Source of the DNA: Batkoa obscura
Taxonomy: Eukaryota
Direction: 5' to 3'
Assembly: GCA_030770535.1 (NCBI GenBank)
Contig: JASVEC010000152.1
Span: forward strand, 1-40,206
DNA: 40,206 bases
Every line of letters starts with the position of its first letter. Position 1 is the first letter of the stretch. Below, one piece after another: positions 1-12,841 of the stretch. The notes under the pieces are model-generated. The model was not told the DNA's origin. It saw only the letters and a program-made list of their open reading frames with translations, and did not search any database. Made by a program: the position numbers and the translations under genes.

Positions 1-322
1 AACTTAAATTTATTCTTTATTATAGTCTTTATCATTTACAATCATTTATGTAAAAAATATCATGATGCAGTAACAATTTGGTATGTTAATACTATACTAT
101 CATAATATAAATTAGATTAATACATTGAAAAACTAATTTATAAGGTCAAAAGTTAAAAAATATTCCAGTTTGAACCAATAATAAGCTACCATTTAATCAA
201 ATCTCATAGCACCAATAAAACATCATAAATCTTCGGATTCAGTCTATAAGTTCTAAATACACTACATCATACAATTTTTTATATTATTCACCAAATAATA
301 ACCAGATACAACCAAATTCAAA

Positions 323-3300
323 ATGAGCCACGAACCAGTATATACTATACTAAGTTCTATGGAAGAAGGGAATGAACCTAGCCATAATGAACTTAAAAAG
401 AGTTTAGAAAAAGGACGTGATAGTGAAAAGATATCCAGTTTAAAGTCAATTATCAATCTCATTCTAAATGGAGATAATTGTGAGGATCTCTTAATGCATA
501 TTATCCGCTTTGTTATGCCTACTAAAAACAAAGTATTAAAAAAAATATTACATTTTTACTGGGAAGTATGCCCAAAGTTTGATAATGAAGGTAAGTTAAA
601 ACAAGAAATGATCTTAGTATGTAATGCCATTCGTAACGATTTACAACATCCCAACGAATTCATTCGTGGAGCAACATTACGCTTTTTAAGTAAATTACAA
701 CAAGTGGAATTATTAGAACCATTGATACCCTCTTGTAGAGCATGTTTAGAACATCGTTTATCTTATGTTAGAAAAAATGCCATTAATGCCATTCATTCCA
801 TTTATAAAATTCATCCCAATTTATTACCTGATGCTCCAGAATTATTACAATCTTTCCTTATAGCCGAACCTGATGCTACTTGTAAACGTAATGCTTTTAT
901 TATGTTAAGTAACACTGCTCCTCAATTAGCTACCCAATTCATTAAGCAAAATTATGAACAAATTATCTCATTTGATGAGTTACTTCAATTAGCTATCTTA
1001 GAGCATATTCGTAAAGATGCCATTGATAATGTAGGTGAAAAAGTAAGTTGTAATTTTGCTTTTATGAAAGGTCAGTTTGATTGGTTTTATTTTTTAGGCT
1101 AGATATATTCAAACTGTTGTTGAATTATTGAGTGCTACCTCACCTTCCGTTAAGTATGAAGCTGCTACATCTCTTCCTTTATTATCATCTAACACTGTAG
1201 CTATTAAAGGTAATACTCACCATTTAGTTAATTTCAACCAACAATTAATAATTAAATTTAATAGCTTCTGGTGCTTGCTTCTTAGAGTTAGGCCTAAAAG
1301 AATCTGATAACAATGTTAAATTAATTGTATTAGATCGTTTTGAATCTTTATCTAAAAAGAATTTTGGATTATTTTCTGAATTAGCTATGGATTTATTAAG
1401 AATTGTAACTTCCAGCCCAGATATTGATGTACGTTCTAAAGTATTAATGATCGCTAATTCATTGATTAATAAACGTAATGTGGATGAGATTATTCATTTT
1501 TTACAAAAAGAATTGTCACGTACCCATGATCAACAATATGAAAAGGTAGCATTAACTATGTTATTGTCGAGAGATCAAAATTGATGTTTTTTATCTTTTA
1601 TTTTCTAGAATAGTGAATATCGTGAATTATTGATTAAATCAATTCATACTTGTGCTATCCAATTTCCTGAAGTGGCTTCTAAAGTCATTAACGTTCTAAT
1701 CGAATTTTTATCAGAAAACAATAATAATGCTGCTGTTGATGTTATTTCTTTTATTAGGTAATTATACATATTATCATATACTCAACGTATTTTCTAGTAT
1801 TAATTAATTTAAATAGAGAAGTAGCAGAAAGATTCCCTGAACTAAGAGCAAATATTTTACCCAATTTATTAGCTTCCTTTTTAGATATTAAAACTTCAAG
1901 AGCTTTACGTGGTGCTCTTTGGGTTATTGGTGAATATTCTACTGAAAGGGAAGGTAATTTCAATAATGGAATTTGTAAAATAAAATTGTATATTAAGTTT
2001 TTTATTCAAAGTAATTGAATCTGCATGGCAAAAAATTCGTGAGAGTTTAGGCGAAATTCCAATTATTTCTTCAGAACAGGTAAATAATAAAATTAAAATA
2101 GTATTTTATTAAGTAATTCCACTTAGTTAAAACTTGAAAAGTTACAAGATCAAAGTAGTAATGAACCTGAGACCGCTCAAACTTATCAGTCATCATCTAG
2201 ACGTGTCAATGCTGATGGTACTTATGCTACAGAAAGTACATTTACGTCAAATAGTAACAACTTAGAAGCTTTAAAATCAGCACCAAGACCACCTATTCGT
2301 AGTTTATTGATACGTGGGGATTATTTTGTAGCATCTGTATTATCTTCTACACTTACCAAATTAGTATTGAGAATGAAAGAATTATCTATTGATAGTCAAC
2401 AATTAAATTCATATCATGCGGAGGCTATGTTAATTATGACTAGTATATTAAGACTTGGACAATCCCAATTTACTATCTCACCAATTGATAATGATAATTA
2501 TGATCGTGTATTAGAAAACTTAAAAATGTTAAGTGGCTTTAATAGTTACCCAGAATTACAACTGGCTTATTCTGAAGATAGTCAAAAAGCATACAAAAAC
2601 TTGTTAAATTTACAAAAAGAAAAAGTTAGTGAAAATAAAGATCAACAAAAGAAAAAGAATAAAATCGAAGTAGATGATAAAGTGACTTTTCGATTTTTTG
2701 AAAACAAGAATTCATTAAATAATAATAATGAATATGAATTGGATTTAACTAAAGCTACAGGTGAATTAGAGGCTAAAGAAAGTTACGTAACTAAATTAGA
2801 TCGTATAATTTCACTATCTGGATTTTCAGATGCTATTTATTGTGAAGCTGTAATTGAAGTTCATCAATTTGATATATTATTAGATATATTAATGGTAAAT
2901 ATGACGGATGAAACATTACAAAATGTTAGTCTAGAATTTGCTACTTTAGGTGATTTAAAATTAGTTGAAAAACCAACCAGTACAACATTAGCAGCAAATC
3001 AATTTTATAATACTCGAGCTTCAATTAAAGTAGCATCTACCGAAACTGGAGTTATATTTGGAAACTTAAATTACGATTTACCAAAATCTAGTAATGAAGG
3101 AAGTAGTAGTATATTATTAAATGATTTACATATTGATATTATGGATTATATTTATTCATCAGAATGTAATTTACATCAATTTAGATCTATGTGGACAGAA
3201 TTTGAGTGGGAAAACAAAGTGAATTTAAATCATACTGTATCTGATGATTTAAAATCTTTCTTAAGTTTAATTTGCCAAGCTACCAATATGAAACCTTTAT

Positions 3301-3639
3301 CCAATATTAAAGATTTAGAAGAAGAAGATTGTTACTTTTTATCCACCAATTTATATGCTAAAACTATTTTTGGAGAAGATGCATTGGCTAATTTATCCGT
3401 GGAAAGAAAGGAAAATTCGATTCAAGGTCATATTCGTATTCGTTCTAAAGCTCAAGGGTTGGCTTTAGCTTTAGGTAATTTTTTTTATTCTAATTGTTTA
3501 TTGTGTTTATTAATTTTTTAATTTTTAATTTCAACAGGCGATAAAGTTTCTTTAGGTAATTTATTAGCTTTATTATATTTATTATAAAGTCATTAATATA
3601 TTTATTACTATAGCTATTAAATCCAAAATAAAAAATTAA
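323..3639 (+). CDS. SEC26: Coatomer subunit beta (COPI beta-COP), 9 exons
   Basis: Motifs LKQEMILVCNAIRNDLQHPNEFIRGATLRFL, ADGTYATES, FRSMWTEFEWENKV and GHIRIRSKAQGLALALGD. Eight GT-AG introns (first 1043-1097) splice into one continuous frame ending ...GDKVSLAIKSKIKN* (TAA 3637-3639). Confidence 0.97.
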
Positions 3640-3803
3640 ATCCAGTTTCTATCTAAACACGCGTTTGTCGGTTATTTCTTTTCAATCAAATAAAAGAAAG
3701 AAGTCAATATATTATATTTATTATTTATTTTATTTAAATTTATTATTAACAATAAACAAAAATTAATAATCTCTTACGATTAACTCATTTCAATAAAAAA
3801 AGA

Positions 3804-5680
3804 TTAATAACCCCATACGACCAAATCATTTGAATCCGAGCATACAACCAATGAATCATTTAATGTATTATAAGCCGCATCATATACTGTCCCATTTAAA
3901 TTAGGTACATTTAATTCATTAACAATATTACCATTAAATCGATCCCAAATAAAATAATTGGAATTTTCAGAGCCTGAAGCAATAAATTGATTTCCAATAA
4001 ATCGTGCTTTAATAAAATGTTTCGATGTATTTTGATGACCTTTGAATTTTATTTTGGGTTTGTTTAACATCCTCATATCCCATAAACGATGATTGTTATC
4101 TTTACTACTCGTGAGAAGGTATAAGCCACTATTGTCACTTTGCACTGAAGTCAATTCACCTAAATGATGACCAAGAGTTTTAATATTCAAACCGCTACTG
4201 ATATCATATAATTTAACACTACAATCTTTGGAACTATAAGATAAAAAGTAAATACATTATATTATCCAATAGTAATAAAAATAAATAAGCTTACCCACTA
4301 ATTAATAGATTCCCATTTGGATTAAAAGTAATTGATGTAACAGCTAATTGATGTCCATTAAATTGCTTAATAGATGAATTTTCTCTGTTAATATCAAATA
4401 GTTGAATTTTTTTATCATAACCTGCTGAAGCTAAATGATACTTTTTATTAGGATGGAATTTCACTGTGTAAACATCATGACTATGCATTGAGTATGTTTT
4501 AATACAACTCATACTATTATAATTCGAATGGGTATTTAATTTCAAATCATAAATATTATGATTATTAGCATATTCTTGAGAGTTCGTTGCTGTTATATTG
4601 TTTATCTTATTGTTGACATTGATATCTCCATTATTCTCCAATAAGTTTTCATTAAAACACCACAATTTAACTGTTTTATCTGCAGATGCAGAAGCTAATA
4701 GATGTCCTTCATTATTATTACTTAATTCCCAAATTCTAGCTTGATGACCTTCTAAATAAGCAGTAGGATGTATTACTTCATTGTCATTATTTAAGTTCCA
4801 AATTAGTATCTTAGTATCTGAACCAGCTGAAGCAACCAAGTTAGTATTATTAAAATTACAAATACTTTTAACATTTTTATGATGACCCTTTAATATGTGT
4901 TTGATTTTATTAGGTATTGGTATAGGTTCATAATCCATAAATAAAGAATCAATTTGATTGTTTTGTGACTTATTTTTTAAATGTTCATATTTATTAACTT
5001 GGTAATGAACGGCCTGATTTAATAAAGTTAATAATCGATTCGGTGGTAAAGTCGGTAATAACTGACTTTCATTTTTTTCAAAATGTTCTAAATTTAATAA
5101 ATTATTGATAGATAAACATAAATTTTCTCTTTCTTTACTAATACCTAACCAAGATTTAAAATTTAAGTGTTCTTGAACTGAATTACAAGTTAGCAGATAA
5201 CATAAATCTTTAAATTCTTGTTGATTAATAACATGTTGTGTTTCCAATGGTTTTAATCTCTTATTTAGTAAGTTAAACGCTTTTTGAGTTTCATGTAATT
5301 CAATTAATTCCAAGTATTGTTGTTTATAAATTTGGTAATGTAAACTTTTATTTATAATACTTAACTTCAAAACTGGTTTTTGTAATAATTTTTCAACTTC
5401 TAACCATTCCCCATCAACAATTAATCCTTTCATTCGCTCAATATCAACTTGTTTAATTTCCTTTTCTTTCAAATAACTTGACGCTTCGTCCGCTAATACT
5501 AATTTACTATTTTGAAACCCTAAATCATCCAAATATTGTAAAATTAATTGGATTATCTCCACTTGTTTTTCTCCATCTCTAATATCTATCAAGCTGCTTG
5601 GATCTATTATAAAGTCGGATATTATTATTTATATTTTATTATCATCTGTATTATTTACTCTCATTGTGTTCTAAACTCAT
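3804..5680 (-). CDS. LisH/CTLH-domain WD40-repeat protein, 3 exons
   Basis: ATG at 5680 (MSLEHNE), intron 5658-5604, LisH-like IIQLILQYLDDLGFQNSKLVLADEA, CTLH-like helical region, then several GH...WD repeats. Intron 4294-4234 joins ..LISG/SKDCSVKLYD to the 3804-4190 ORF. Confidence 0.85.
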
Positions 5681-6056
5681 GTTTTTTTAACAAAAGTTGG
5701 GTGACTACAATTACACTAACTTTCAATCAATCTTTCTATTAGTTAATTACTTAGTGGTTTCATATCTACCAATTAAATAAAGTTAAAAATCATACTAATA
5801 TTCAAATATTAATTTCTCTTAAAAATTTATTATTATTGAATTATAGAATTATTATTAGTTAAAAGAGTAAGTTAAATTAAGCTTTATATCTATTTTCGAT
5901 ATCTTTAAAGTCAATGGAATCTCAATAACATATTTCACCACTTATCAAGTTGAAATAATTTGTTACAAGATCCCTACAATTTTTGTTTATCATCTATTAA
6001 AAGAATGAATTTCATTTACAACTATCTATCTAGCAAATCCAAAGCCTTGTTCATAC

Positions 6057-7095
6057 TTATTTCACGGATCTCATAAGATGGTTACCGGGTACTAAAACAA
6101 AGATAAGTGATAAAACCATTGTGAGACCAAAGGAAATCAATAGATGAATCACTCCTTTTTTGAAATGAGCTTTTTTAATATTAATATCTTCAATACGTTC
6201 TATTACAAAAAAAGCAATCTCTCTAAATTATAAAATCAATTTTTTTGTTAATTCTACTTATAATCCAAATTTACCTTTTACCCATTATACCAAGTATTGG
6301 AAAAAAATTAAAATAGGTTGAAAAGAGAAAGATTAAACCAATTAATACAAAAGGTATTAATACTAATCTTAAAGCGCTGGGTCTTAAATCCAAGAATATC
6401 AAAGTGAGTGCAAAAGTAAAACCAAATAATAATAACAATAATCCCACTAATAGACATAATTTTGAACTTGATGTAGTTAAATTTGAATTAAAACAAAAAT
6501 CAATAAATCTAGTATAAAAATTGCCATTTAACTTGTTGAAAGCGAATTGTTTACTTAAAGAAAATATTTTTGTCCATGGTATATCGTTAGAATTTAAGCT
6601 TTCTTTTGCTGTTAAAAAAAATTGTTTTGGTACACCAATACTTCGATTACTATCTGGATTTAAAAAATCAAAGATAATTTCCTCACTTTTTTGTTTTAAA
6701 TTTAATACTGTTTCTTGTTGCTCCATCGACATACCAGAAGTTATTATTAATGGTCGATTACTGAAAGGTACTGTTGCATTAATTAATTGACTTTCATCTA
6801 AAGTAGCTGGTGGATAGCTTTGTTCCATATTAATACATTGAGTTTCAAAATCAAGAACTGCTTGATAAAAAATTAATAACAATGTACCATAATCACTTCT
6901 CTCTTGTATAAAAGTAATAAAATTTTGCTTTGTTAATGGTGGATAAGCTTTATCTGAAAATAATTGCTCTAAAGTTGGTAATCCCGATTTTAAATTATGA
7001 TTTTTGATTCCTTCCCAATTTAATAATACTTCGTTAGGTATCCTTTTGTCTTCTGAAGCTCCACCTTCAAGCTCATATTGCCCTTGTTCTACCAT
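6057..7095 (-). CDS. Rax1-like RGS-domain membrane protein, 2 exons
   Basis: LPTLEQLFSDKAYPPLTKQNFITFI resembles the Rax1 N-terminal RGS signature, followed by two TM helices. After a short intron near 6225-6275 the frame continues REIAFFVIERIEDINIKKAH...(third TM)...LVPGNHLMRSVK* (stop 6057-6059). Confidence 0.75.
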
Positions 7096-7748
7096 AGCAA
7101 ATTACTGTAACTATTGAATAATTTTTTATAAAAATAGGTGAATTTGAATTCTGCAGTGTTTATGCTATCAATTAAAACGTTGTAACTGTTGCCACTATTT
7201 AAGATATTTAGTAATTATCATAATTTAAATCTAGTTCATTTCATTGGTTATTAAAAAGTTGGTACGAGAAGTCAAAATTCCATTGATTGGTTCAAATATT
7301 CATCTTTTTAATTAATTTGGTTGAATTTTGGACTTTAAACTTTAAACTATTGTTTAGGCTTATTGGTTTAGTTAAAAGTGTAGGTTGGATAAGATGAATT
7401 AATTGAATATGGATGAATTTCAATGAATATTTAATTTATGGAGTAAATGTTTAATTTATAAACATGGGGAAGTCTTTTAAAGTTTTGTTTGATTGTTCAT
7501 TTTTATATAATGAAAATATCGGAAAATTTGTTAGCTAAATTCTCTAATAAAAAACGTGTCTATAAGGGGAATTTTTTTTATTGATTTCTATTTAGAAACT
7601 TAAAAAATATTTTGCAATATTTTGCTCAATATTCACTAATGTTTTTGATTCTTTTAAATTATTTTATGAAAGTATTTTAATAAGTAAATGTATACAGTTT
7701 TTTAGATACTTGATAAAAAAATGCAACAGCTAACTTAAGTAGTATACA

Positions 7749-8745
7749 GAGGTGTTGTAATTAGTTTCATTTCTTTATTCAATTTTTAAACATTTTGTAT
7801 TTTAAAATATCTTGAAATTTTATAAAAATAAATTCTTTATTAAAAGGCAAAAATATTCGACGCTATTTTAAATTATTTTAAAATAATTTATATTGTAAGT
7901 TAACAGAATTTTTATTAAATTTAACAAAAATAGCCAGACTAACAAGAAATTTACTATTATAGCTTATATATTCATATTAATCAAAGTTACATGTAAATAA
8001 ACACGTTTTTTTATAAAACTTCATTAAGAAATATTTATTATTAACTGCTTTATAGCCAACATTTTAAACTTGCTATTAGATAAATAAGTTATTTTAATAT
8101 TATAGTTATATTGTTAGTATATTAATAAGTTAATAAATAGCTGTATATAAGAGAGTGGTTAGTTTCTGTGAAATCTGGTACTTAGTGATTGGAGTCAAAA
8201 ACAGTTATTGCCCAGTCGACTACACTGTAAGTCGAAAGGTCTTAGTTTATATGACTAAGATAGACTTGAATTGTGGAGAATAGCACGTAATAGGCTACAG
8301 ACTATGTAAGACAAATAGAATAGAGAACACTACTGTAGAACTTATGTAAAATACTATTAAGAAAACTTAGTGGCTTTATTAAGTGTACGAGATATCAGGG
8401 AATAACTCGGTTAAAAAATCTCGAATTACTATGTTCTAAGATCTCTTTTATACTCTGACTAGTATGGATATCAAAATGAGGGATAATATTTTTTGGAATG
8501 AAGCTAGAAATTCTTACAACAAATCAAAATAAGAGCATGGGATTGATTGCCTCTAAACTCGAGAACACAACAATTTGAGTGATTGTTGTATTATAATTAA
8601 CCATGGAACTGACAAAGTGATATTTCACACTTCAAAACTATAATTAATTATTTTTATATAATATAAGTAATATATGATAGTTTTTACTTGCTATAAATAC
8701 TTGCTTTTCAACTGTTTATTAACTTAGTTATTAATGATTTAAATA
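7749..8745. mobile_element. Decayed, truncated copy of the left end of the Sola-like transposon, interrupted by a solo LTR
   Basis: 7749-8166 plus 8630-8745 align collinearly with 23532-~23990 (degenerate TIR GAGGTGTTGTAATTAGTTTCATT; shared ATTAAGAAATATTTATTA, GTTAATAAATAGCTG, AAAACTATAATTAA). About 75 extra bp lie at ~7925-8000. Confidence 0.85.
8167..8629 (+). mobile_element. Solo LTR, copy A (463 bp)
   Basis: TGTGAAAT...ATTTCACA termini, flanks TTTC/CTTC (4-bp TSD with one mismatch), homologous over its full length to 20377-20841 in inverted orientation. Confidence 0.88.
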
Positions 8746-8779
8746 GCATTAGTGTTTAATAAATTATTTACTTAGCAAA

Positions 8780-8876
8780 GCGAGATGTTTTTTAGTTTCA
8801 TCACTTTTTCCATCTTTTAAGCGCTATTGTATAGAAGGTTTATTAGTCAAATTCTTAAACACAAAAATACATTGGC
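8780..8876. mobile_element. ~97-bp MITE, degenerate copy
   Basis: Family core TTTCATCACTTTTTCCATCTTTTAAGCGCTATT...AAATTCTTAAACACAAAAATACAT is present, but the termini are eroded. Confidence 0.8.
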
Positions 8877-9348
8877 ATATAATAACTACTTTTAAGCTTT
8901 TCAAGCTCCTTGATTGTTTTTCAATTGTGCCTTTTTTAACTATAGAAGGAAGCAACTTTTACAAAAATTAGTAGTTAAAATGGACACCCTACTACTCTTG
9001 ATCAACACTGATCAAGCAGTGTAGAAGTATTTAGAGAAATACCTTTTTGAAGAATACATTGTATTGTTTCTATACAAAGGATACTAAATATTCTGTATTA
9101 AGATTAGTCATTCAATGCATAAATTGAGCTGTATAGGCATTACCAGAGATGATGAAATGCAACATTTAAGAGTCGACCATAATGAAAATATTTAGCTGTT
9201 ATTAAGCACTAATTTAAGCTATAATATAGATTATTAAGGTTATGCGTTCAATCATGATACAATTTTCATACATATAAAAACTGTCAATTAGCAAATAATG
9301 TAATCTGATAACAAAAATACTAAAATACAACCAGATATAACTAATTTA

Positions 9349-10796
9349 TTATAATTTAATCCAAAGTAACAATGGAATGTATTTTAATAACTCATCAATG
9401 GCATCTTTATCGTAAGTGTCAAAAGACTTAATAAGCAATAAAGGAGTAAATTTGATATATTTATAATCTAACACTTCAATTTGCTCTAATAAAAAATTTG
9501 TGCCTTTAACTACTTCAAGATTTGGGAATAGAGATATAAGATAAAGAAACTCTTCAATTGTAACATAATAGTCACGGATATGAATCTGCTTTATAAATTT
9601 ACACTTGATTAAATCATAGCCGTTTTTATAAAAGTTATCCTTACTAAATGCGGCGTAGTCAAATATTCCACTATAAATATGTAAATTAGAAAAGTAAATG
9701 TTTGAATATTTGGTAGTAAAGAAATTGAGCTTAATAACCCTTTTGATATGTATTTAAAGTAGACTTCTTTCAATGTTGATAATTTCAAAAAATCATAAGT
9801 GATCGCTTTTTCTGGGTTAAAGCAGCCTAAAGCAATGATATTGCTACTCTTAAATGATTTCAAACAATCACAATAGTTATCGACTATATTTAAGTTAAAA
9901 GTAGAATAATCAACTAATTTTACGCTCTTTAGCTGTCTTAAATCTCGAAAGTAATCAATACTAAAACGAAACATATTATTAACAATTTCTAATTCTAAAT
10001 TGGAATTGAATTCAGGTATATGGTTAGTATCATATAAGGGGCTAATAGAGCCAAAAACATGCAATTTTAATGCTATTAATTTATTGAACTCTGCTTTAAT
10101 TATATCTAGCCCATCGAGTATTAAGATACCCTTTATGTCCAGTGTAAGTAGCTTTAATTTATCTGGATTTAAATGTTTAATAATTGTTTCGATTGATCTG
10201 ATAAATCCAGTATATTCAAATATTTCAAGTTGACTTAAATATTCACCAAATAAATTTAATGGCTTTCCATTCTTGTTAGTATCTATACTTATCTTTTTTA
10301 ATTTTGGCATCTTAGCATTTAATTTGAGATTATCATTATGTTTGCTATTACGATCACTAATGTCATCACCATTGTTACCTATGTCATCAGCAGTATTGTT
10401 GCTATCATTGTTGCTGCTACCAATATTATCATTATAGCTAATAGCACCGCTATTACTATTATCTCTGTCATCCTCGCTATTGTAATCAGGTCTATCTAAA
10501 TAATGTATAGACTTTATATTCGAACAATAATTTAAATATTCAATATTTTCGCTTTTTATGTTTATATGCTTCATCAATTCTCCATTCTCCATAATGAATT
10601 TCTCTTGATAGCTCCAATATTTACTACAGCCCCTTTGATTATATAATGAGTAAGTTGAGTTATACCTGATTACTCTACTTACTATACTAAATAAATCTTT
10701 GCTTAAGAAGCACAGCTCAATCGCTTCTTCTGGGTGTAACAACTTAAATATATCTTCTAGCAATAAATCAGTCAATTGTTCGAATTTAAATGTCAT
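9349..10796 (-). CDS. F-box/LRR-like protein, paralogue 1 (near-intact, one frameshift near 9697)
   Basis: F-box-like start FEQLTDLLLEDIFKLLHPEEAIELCFLSK, then LRR-like LxxLxL segments. Adding 1 nt near 9697 extends the frame through FSNLHIY...FPNLEVVK...LLKYIPLLLWIKL* (TAA 9349-9351), matching the C-termini of the other paralogues. Confidence 0.8.
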
Positions 10797-11084
10797 TTGT
10801 GAAATTAAATATAAATTAAAAAAGAACTAAAGTTCGGTTTTTAATTCAATTTAAAGTCGAATTAAATTGATGTCAACCAGAACACTACTGCGTAATTAGA
10901 ATATCATTAAAAATAAATCCGAAAACTGTTTTCAAATAATCATAATTATTACTAAAGAAACTGTATGTTATTGATAATAATAAATAAATGAACTTTCCTT
11001 ATAATCAGTGTTTCATTCTTTTACTTAACTTATTAGCTTCTAAGATACACATTTAACACATATTGCTATATAAATTATGGAAGT

Positions 11085-12160
11085 CAGGAGATAGACAAGG
11101 GAACCAATTTTACACAGTTTAATAATGAAATGTACTCCAGTAAAATATCAAGCATGGTCTCATGATTATACCAATAAGGTTCGATAAGTGACAAAGGAGT
11201 AGTAACCCTAAAGTTGAATTCTACATTTTGGTATGTTATAAAATCTTTGACTTTAATTATTCCAAGGTTTAGAAAAAGAGATATGAAGTAAAGAAATTTT
11301 AAATTATTGCTTAAAAATTATAAAGTTGAAGTTTTTTTCATAGCTTTAAATTTAATGAACTTATATTCTATATGAAAAATACTATGGACAAACTCAAAAC
11401 CATCAGTTGGTTCATAAAAATGTAGGTTGGCAAAATGGATCATTTCAATATTTGCAAATAAGCAGATATAATCTAATGCCTTCCTGGATAAATATACTGT
11501 ATAAATTTCTTTCAAGTCACTAATTTAAAAAATCAAAACTCAACATGTAATGTGGATCTAAATAACCTAAAGTTATAAAGCTGCTATTTTCAACTAATTT
11601 TATGTTATCATGATTGTTGTCGTTTATTTCAAAATCAACACCACTCACTAATTTGATACTTTTTATTTGCTTCAAGTCCCTAAAATAATTTATATTACAT
11701 TATAACTAACGCTTTTAATTTCTAACTCTAAATCCGAATTAAAGTTTATACCTGGACTAACTTCAAAAGTAGACCTACACTCAAAGCGATCAGAAGCTAA
11801 TTTTAATAATTCTAACTCCTTAAAGTTTATTTTGATTATGTTTAATCCATATAATGATATGGGGTGTTTTTTTTGACTCCATCACTTTTTCCATCTTTTA
11901 GGCGTTATTTGAATGGAAAATTTGTTAGTAAAATTCTGAACACAAAAATATATCCCCATATATTAGAACTTACATTTGATATAAGTGACTTTAATTTTTA
12001 TGGATTTGAATAATCAATAACATCGTTAGTTGGTATCATCTCCCCATGACGTTCGAACATTTCAAGATAATTTAAATATTCCCTAAATAAGTTAAATGCT
12101 TGATTATAATGGTTATAATTTGTCATTTTTATATTTAATTGAAATTCCATAATCAAATAT
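11085..12160 (-). pseudogene. F-box/LRR paralogue 2, 5'-truncated, with stops, frameshifts and a MITE
   Basis: Fragments AFNLFREYLNYLEMFE, SLYGLNIIK, FNSDLELEIK, ANIEMIHFANLH and LLEYISLLNCVKL match paralogue 1. Boundaries are approximate. Confidence 0.8.
11861..11957. mobile_element. ~97-bp MITE, TSD ATAT
   Basis: GGGGTG...ATCCCC flanked by ATAT/ATAT. Removing the element and one TSD restores the host frame (SSNISLYGLNIIK). Confidence 0.92.
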
Positions 12161-12841
12161 TCAATTAAAATACTACATTAAACTTAGCTGACGTTGGTTG
12201 AATAAGTTACGTTTTTAGAATCCACCATCATATCTTACTGATTTTGTAAATCCATTTTCCCTTTAAAAGTAAAAAATATTAGCCTAACTATTAAATTTTA
12301 TTAAACTACAAACTAGACCAAAACGCTAGTACTAAGTTTATCAAGTATCCCTATAAATTCTTTACTTTTTCAAGAAAAAACAAAGAATCTATTAATTACA
12401 TGAACAAAGGATTACTTTCAAAGAACAGGAATCTCCTATTAATAACTATATGCTATTACAGTTCTACACTTTTAACAATTGAGTTTGCTCAAAAATAGAG
12501 CTTACAGAAATATTAATATCTAAAAAACGAGAGGTAAGGAAAGAAAACTCATTATGGCTACAAAATTTAATACAGTGTTCCACTTGTAACTTAAGTTTTG
12601 TTGGAGGAACTTTAAAAACAAACAAATTTTTGTAGATAATAGCTTGTTTATTATAAAATCTTGCTACCCATCAAATTCAATACAAAGATCAATTTTAGGT
12701 ATTAATCTTTATTACCATATTAAGAAATTATGGGACTCAATAGATGATTGGCTTTTCGATCTCAAACTAGCGTCACTGAAGAAAAATAAGGATTTTAATT
12801 AAGGATAATTCATAAAGAAAATTGTTTTTTATTCAGATAAC

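Noticed and set aside
262..531. Short antisense ORFs over real genes (also 1754-1963, 5548-5742, 6521-6790, 10000-10233, 15973-16161, 18031-18255, 26047-26376)
   Set aside because: All lie opposite well-supported coding sequence and show no independent coding signal.
12300..12841. Possible extra 5' exons (ASH domain) of the ASPM-like gene
   Set aside because: The frames I read had stops, and I could not build a spliced, motif-bearing extension.
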